Shown one piece after another: positions 15,236 to 18,305 of a stretch of DNA of 18,305 nucleotides. The notes under the pieces are model-generated. The model was not told where the DNA came from. It saw nothing but the letters and a program-made list of their open reading frames with translations, and made no database searches. The translations under genes and the position numbers were made by a program. Within the stretch, counting starts at the first letter, position 1, and every line of letters begins with the position of its first letter. The stretch is from assembly GCA_964588985.1 (NCBI GenBank), contig CAZPQW010000039.1, positions 1 through 18,305 of the forward strand. Direction: 5' to 3'. Origin of the DNA: an uncultured Solirubrobacteraceae bacterium (lineage in GTDB: Bacteria > Actinomycetota > Thermoleophilia > Solirubrobacterales > Solirubrobacteraceae).

Positions 15236-15386
15236 GGGCGGTGTCCTGAACGTCTGCGATCTCTCCTGACAGCATTTCGAGGTCCTTGTCGAGTGTTGGA
15301 TCGTGTGGCGTGGCCCACAAGTCAGCCAGCTCGGCGCTTGGTACCCACTGCTGTTTGCGGACGGGGTTTTGCGGGTTCGTTGCCAT
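15204..15386 (-). CDS. 60-aa ORF resembling the C-terminal half of a Phd/YefM-type antitoxin (possibly a fragment)
   Basis: Strong GGAGG SD directly after the ppk1 stop. PVRKQQWVPSAELADLWATPHDPTLDKDLEMLSGEIAD has an acidic antitoxin-like tail and no DNA-binding N-domain. Confidence 0.45.
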   Translation of the reverse strand: MATNPQNPVRKQQWVPSAELADLWATPHDPTLDKDLEMLSGEIADVQDTAHEHSDRNLPT

Positions 15387-15395
15387 GGTCCTCCG

Positions 15396-17612
15396 CTAGT
15401 GCCCCCCAACCCCCAACCGCCCCGCATCCTCCCGCCGCTCCGAAGGCCGCTCGGTCCCCGCACGAGCCGCATAGATATCAGCCAGCTCCAGCTGCAAGCT
15501 CCGCGGCTTCTCCCCGGGCCCAGGCGCCAGCCTCCGCCACTCCCCATCCCCGTCGAGATCCCAAGCGTTCTGGTTGTCAGCAAACGCCCGATCGAGCGAG
15601 TCCAGCAGCTCGGCCTGCAGCTCGGGGTTCTCTACGGGCACGGCAAGCTCGACGCGGTGGTCGAGGTTGCGCGGCATGAGGTCGGCGGAGGCGATGAACA
15701 CGGTGTGCTCGCCGTCGCGCTCGAACGTGTAGATGCGCGAGTGCTCGAGCAGGCGCCCGACGATCGAGACGACGCGGATGTTCTCCGACAGGCCCGGGAC
15801 ACCCGGGCGCAGGCAGCAGATGCCGCGCACGTTCAAGTCCACGCGCACGCCCGCCTGTGAGGCGGCGTAGAGCGCGCGGATACAGCGGCCGTCGACGAGC
15901 GAGTTCATCTTCATGGCGATCCGCGCGGGCGTCTGCTCGCTGTGCGCGGCGACGGTCTTCTCGATCTCCGCGATGATGCCGTCGCGCAGCTGGTTGGGGG
16001 CCATCAGCACCTTGCGGTAGTGCAGGGGGCGTCCGTAGCCGGTGAGGTAGTTGAACATGTCCGCCACGTCGGCGCCGATCTGCTCGTCGGTGGTGAACAG
16101 GCCGAAGTCGGTGTAGAGGCGCGCGGTGGCGGAGTGGTAGTTGCCGGTGCCGATGTGCACGTAGTTGCGCACGCCGTCGCCCTCGCGGCGCACCACGAGC
16201 ACGCACTTGGCGTGGGTCTTCAGCGCCGGCTGGCCGTAGACGACGTGCACCCCGGCCTCCTCCAGCGCCTTCGCCCAGTGGATGTTCATGCGCTCGTCGA
16301 AGCGCGCCTGCAGCTCGACCAGCGCTACCGCCTGCTTGCCGCGCTCGGTTGCGTCGATCAGCGCTGGCACCAGCGGCGAGTCGTCGCTCGTGCGGTACAC
16401 CGTCTGCTTGATCGCGAGCACGTTCGGGTCGGCGACCGCCTGCTCGACGAAGCGCTCCACGGAGGTGGAGAACGACTCGTAGGGGTGGTGCACGAGCAGG
16501 TCGCCTTCGCGCATCGCGCCGAGCACGTCCGGGCGCTCGCCCTCGTGGCGCAGCAGACGCGGGTGGGTGATGCCGACGATCGTCTCTTCGCGCAGCTCAG
16601 CGTGGCCGGGGAGCTTCACGATCTGCCACAGCGCGCCCATGTCGAGCAGGCCGTCGACGGGGTAGATCTCCTCCTCCTGCACGCCCAGGAGTACCGTGAG
16701 CGCCTCGCGCAGCTGGTCGGAGCAGTGTGCGCCGACCTCCACGCGCACGACCTCGCCGAAGCGCCTGCGGCGCAGCTCGTCCTCGACCGCCTGCAGCAGG
16801 TCGGCGGCGTCGTCGGAGACCTCCAGGTCGGCGTCGCGGGTGACCCGGAAGGTGTCGTAGTCGGCGATCTCCATCCCCGGGAACAGCGCGTCGAGGTGGT
16901 GGGCGATCACGTCCTCCAGCGGTACCAGCAGCGCCGGCTCGGGTGCGGGCTGCTTGAGCGTGACGAATCGCGGCAGGATCTCCGTGGGGACCTTCACGCG
17001 CGCGAACACCGTCTGGTCGTTGACCGGATCGCGCACGAGCACCGCGAGGCTGAGCGACAGGTTCGAGATGTAGGGGAAGGGTCGCCCGGGAGCGACCGCG
17101 AGCGGGGTTAGGGCGGGGAAGATCGCCTTCTGGAAGTGCTTGGCGAGTTCCGCGCGGCGGTCTTCGTCGAGCTCGTCCACGCCCACCACGCGGATGTCGT
17201 GCTCGGCGAGCGCCGGGCGCAGCCGCCGTTCGAAGCAGTCGGTCAGCCGCTCGCTTAGCCCGAGCGCGCGCTCGCGGATCAGCGCAATCGTCTCGGAGGG
17301 GATGCGCCCGTCCTGGCTCGCCTTCTCCACGCCGGCGTCGATCTGGTCGCGCAGGCCGGCGACGCGCACCATGTAGAACTCGTCGAGGTTGGTGGTGTAG
17401 ATCGCGCAGAACTTCACGCGCTCCAGCAGCGGCACACGCTCGTCCTCCGCGAGTTGCAGCACGCGGTCGTTGAAGTCCAGCCATGAGACCTCGCGGTTGA
17501 AGAACAGCGACGACTCCGCTGCGCTGTCGCCCCCTCCGCCGCCTGGTGGGTGCCCGTCGAGCTCGTGGAGCTCGCTCAGGTCTTGTAGCTGATGTTCACG
17601 ATCTCCTTGCAT
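15396..17612 (-). CDS. ppk1: Polyphosphate kinase 1
   Basis: FFNREVSWLDFNDRVLQLA, NLDEFYMVRVAGL, PFPYISNLSL, LVHHPYESF (phospho-His), KTHAK, HIGTGNYH, LEHSRIY and SADLMPRNLDHRVE. Confidence 0.98.
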   Translation of the reverse strand: MQGDREHQLQDLSELHELDGHPPGGGGGDSAAESSLFFNREVSWLDFNDRVLQLAEDERVPLLERVKFCAIYTTNLDEFYMVRVAGLRDQIDAGVEKASQDGRIPSETIALIRERALGLSERLTDCFERRLRPALAEHDIRVVGVDELDEDRRAELAKHFQKAIFPALTPLAVAPGRPFPYISNLSLSLAVLVRDPVNDQTVFARVKVPTEILPRFVTLKQPAPEPALLVPLEDVIAHHLDALFPGMEIADYDTFRVTRDADLEVSDDAADLLQAVEDELRRRRFGEVVRVEVGAHCSDQLREALTVLLGVQEEEIYPVDGLLDMGALWQIVKLPGHAELREETIVGITHPRLLRHEGERPDVLGAMREGDLLVHHPYESFSTSVERFVEQAVADPNVLAIKQTVYRTSDDSPLVPALIDATERGKQAVALVELQARFDERMNIHWAKALEEAGVHVVYGQPALKTHAKCVLVVRREGDGVRNYVHIGTGNYHSATARLYTDFGLFTTDEQIGADVADMFNYLTGYGRPLHYRKVLMAPNQLRDGIIAEIEKTVAAHSEQTPARIAMKMNSLVDGRCIRALYAASQAGVRVDLNVRGICCLRPGVPGLSENIRVVSIVGRLLEHSRIYTFERDGEHTVFIASADLMPRNLDHRVELAVPVENPELQAELLDSLDRAFADNQNAWDLDGDGEWRRLAPGPGEKPRSLQLELADIYAARAGTERPSERREDAGRLGVGGH

Positions 17613-17660
17613 TGGTCTCTCTCAAGCTACACGACACGCTAGTGTGCGAGGCGATAGGGA

Positions 17661-18164
17661 ATGGCTCGTCAGCTCTGGCTACTAAGGCACGCAGAGGCGG
17701 AGCCACACGGCGCGCGTGAGGACAGCGAACGACGCCTGACCGAGCGCGGCGAAGGGCAGGCGCGCACGGCCGGAAGCGCGCTCGCGCTTATGGGGGTCGA
17801 GTTTGAGGCGATCCTGTTCAGCCCGAAGGCACGGGCGCGCCAGACCGCAGAGATGGCGGCGGAGGGCATGGGGGAGGATGCGCGGGCTCTGATGGCGGTC
17901 CATCCGCTGCTCGCGGGCGGCTTCGGTGCGGCGCAGGCGATCGACGCGATGGCGGGGACGACGGCGGACAGCCGCGTGCTGCTCGTCGGACACGAGCCCG
18001 ACCTGTCCGGTGTGGTCGGGGAACTCACCGGCGGGCGCGTGGAGCTCAAGAAGGGCGGTCTTGCGATCGTGCGGCTACACGGTGCGAGCGGAGAGCTCGC
18101 CGTCCTCTTGCGCCCCGGCGAGCTTGCTCTGATCGCCGGCGGGGTTCCAGTCGACGGGGACTGA
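17661..18164 (+). CDS. sixA: SixA-type phosphohistidine phosphatase (histidine phosphatase superfamily)
   Basis: LWLLRHAEAE, DSERRLTERG, SPKARARQTA, LLVGHEPDL and LKKGG; divergent from ppk1. Confidence 0.9.
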   Translation: MARQLWLLRHAEAEPHGAREDSERRLTERGEGQARTAGSALALMGVEFEAILFSPKARARQTAEMAAEGMGEDARALMAVHPLLAGGFGAAQAIDAMAGTTADSRVLLVGHEPDLSGVVGELTGGRVELKKGGLAIVRLHGASGELAVLLRPGELALIAGGVPVDGD

Positions 18165-18305
18165 CGAGGGCACGTCGTTCGGGTCGACGACCTCGAGCGA
18201 TTCGGCGGCGAAGCGGTAGCCGATGCCGAAGTGCGTGTGGATGTAGCGCCATTTCGGCGAGGCCTTCTCGAGCTTCTGGCGGAGCTTGCGCACGAACACG
18301 TCGAC
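18075..18305 (-). CDS. OmpR/PhoB-type response regulator, C-terminal winged helix (5' part outside the window)
   Basis: VDVFVRKLRQKLEKASPKWRYIHTHFGIGYRF is the Trans_reg_C recognition helix and wing. Confidence 0.9.
   Translation of the reverse strand, partial: VDVFVRKLRQKLEKASPKWRYIHTHFGIGYRFAAESLEVVDPNDVPSSVPVDWNPAGDQSKLAGAQEDGELSARTV

Noticed and set aside
14918-15583. 221-aa minus-strand ORF
   Set aside because: It is a chimera of ppk1 off-frame sequence, the RHH antitoxin N-half and post-frameshift sequence.
5756-17111. Numerous long antisense or alternate-frame ORFs (for example 5756..7585, 7708..9222, 10396..11769, 15942..17111)
   Set aside because: These are expected in high-GC DNA with strong GC3 bias. 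They have no motifs and each overlaps a well-supported gene.
1-18305. CRISPR array, rRNA, tRNA, transposase, integrase or reverse transcriptase
   Set aside because: No regularly spaced repeats or diagnostic motifs were seen by eye.

Overview
High-GC chromosomal window from an actinobacterium, probably Thermoleophilia/Solirubrobacterales (judged from protein style; inference). In order: the 5' part of glutamate decarboxylase; a Zn/Mn ABC operon (ATPase, two permeases, Fur/Zur regulator, no binding-protein gene) behind a Fur-type operator; a small-ORF plus nucleotidyltransferase pair; a Cys-rich, Glu/Lys-rich secreted protein; an MMPL transporter coupled to an uncharacterised 'GARFYGIGNE' membrane protein; yqgE; a flavoprotein disulfide reductase; a PQQ-repeat lipoprotein; bcp; ppk1; sixA; and the end of an OmpR-type regulator. 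Between bcp and ppk1 (about 13.86-15.39 kb) lies a lower-GC accessory patch. It holds the best novelty candidate: an unannotated, strongly self-complementary leader of about 150-260 nt with twin GCC-GGA-GGC hairpins, mutually exclusive helices and a helix covering the start codon. This leader precedes an AraC-HTH protein with an unknown Arg-rich C-terminal half and a 41-aa ORF. Decayed toxin-antitoxin remnants follow. All calls come from reading the sequence by eye; no searches or folding programs were run.
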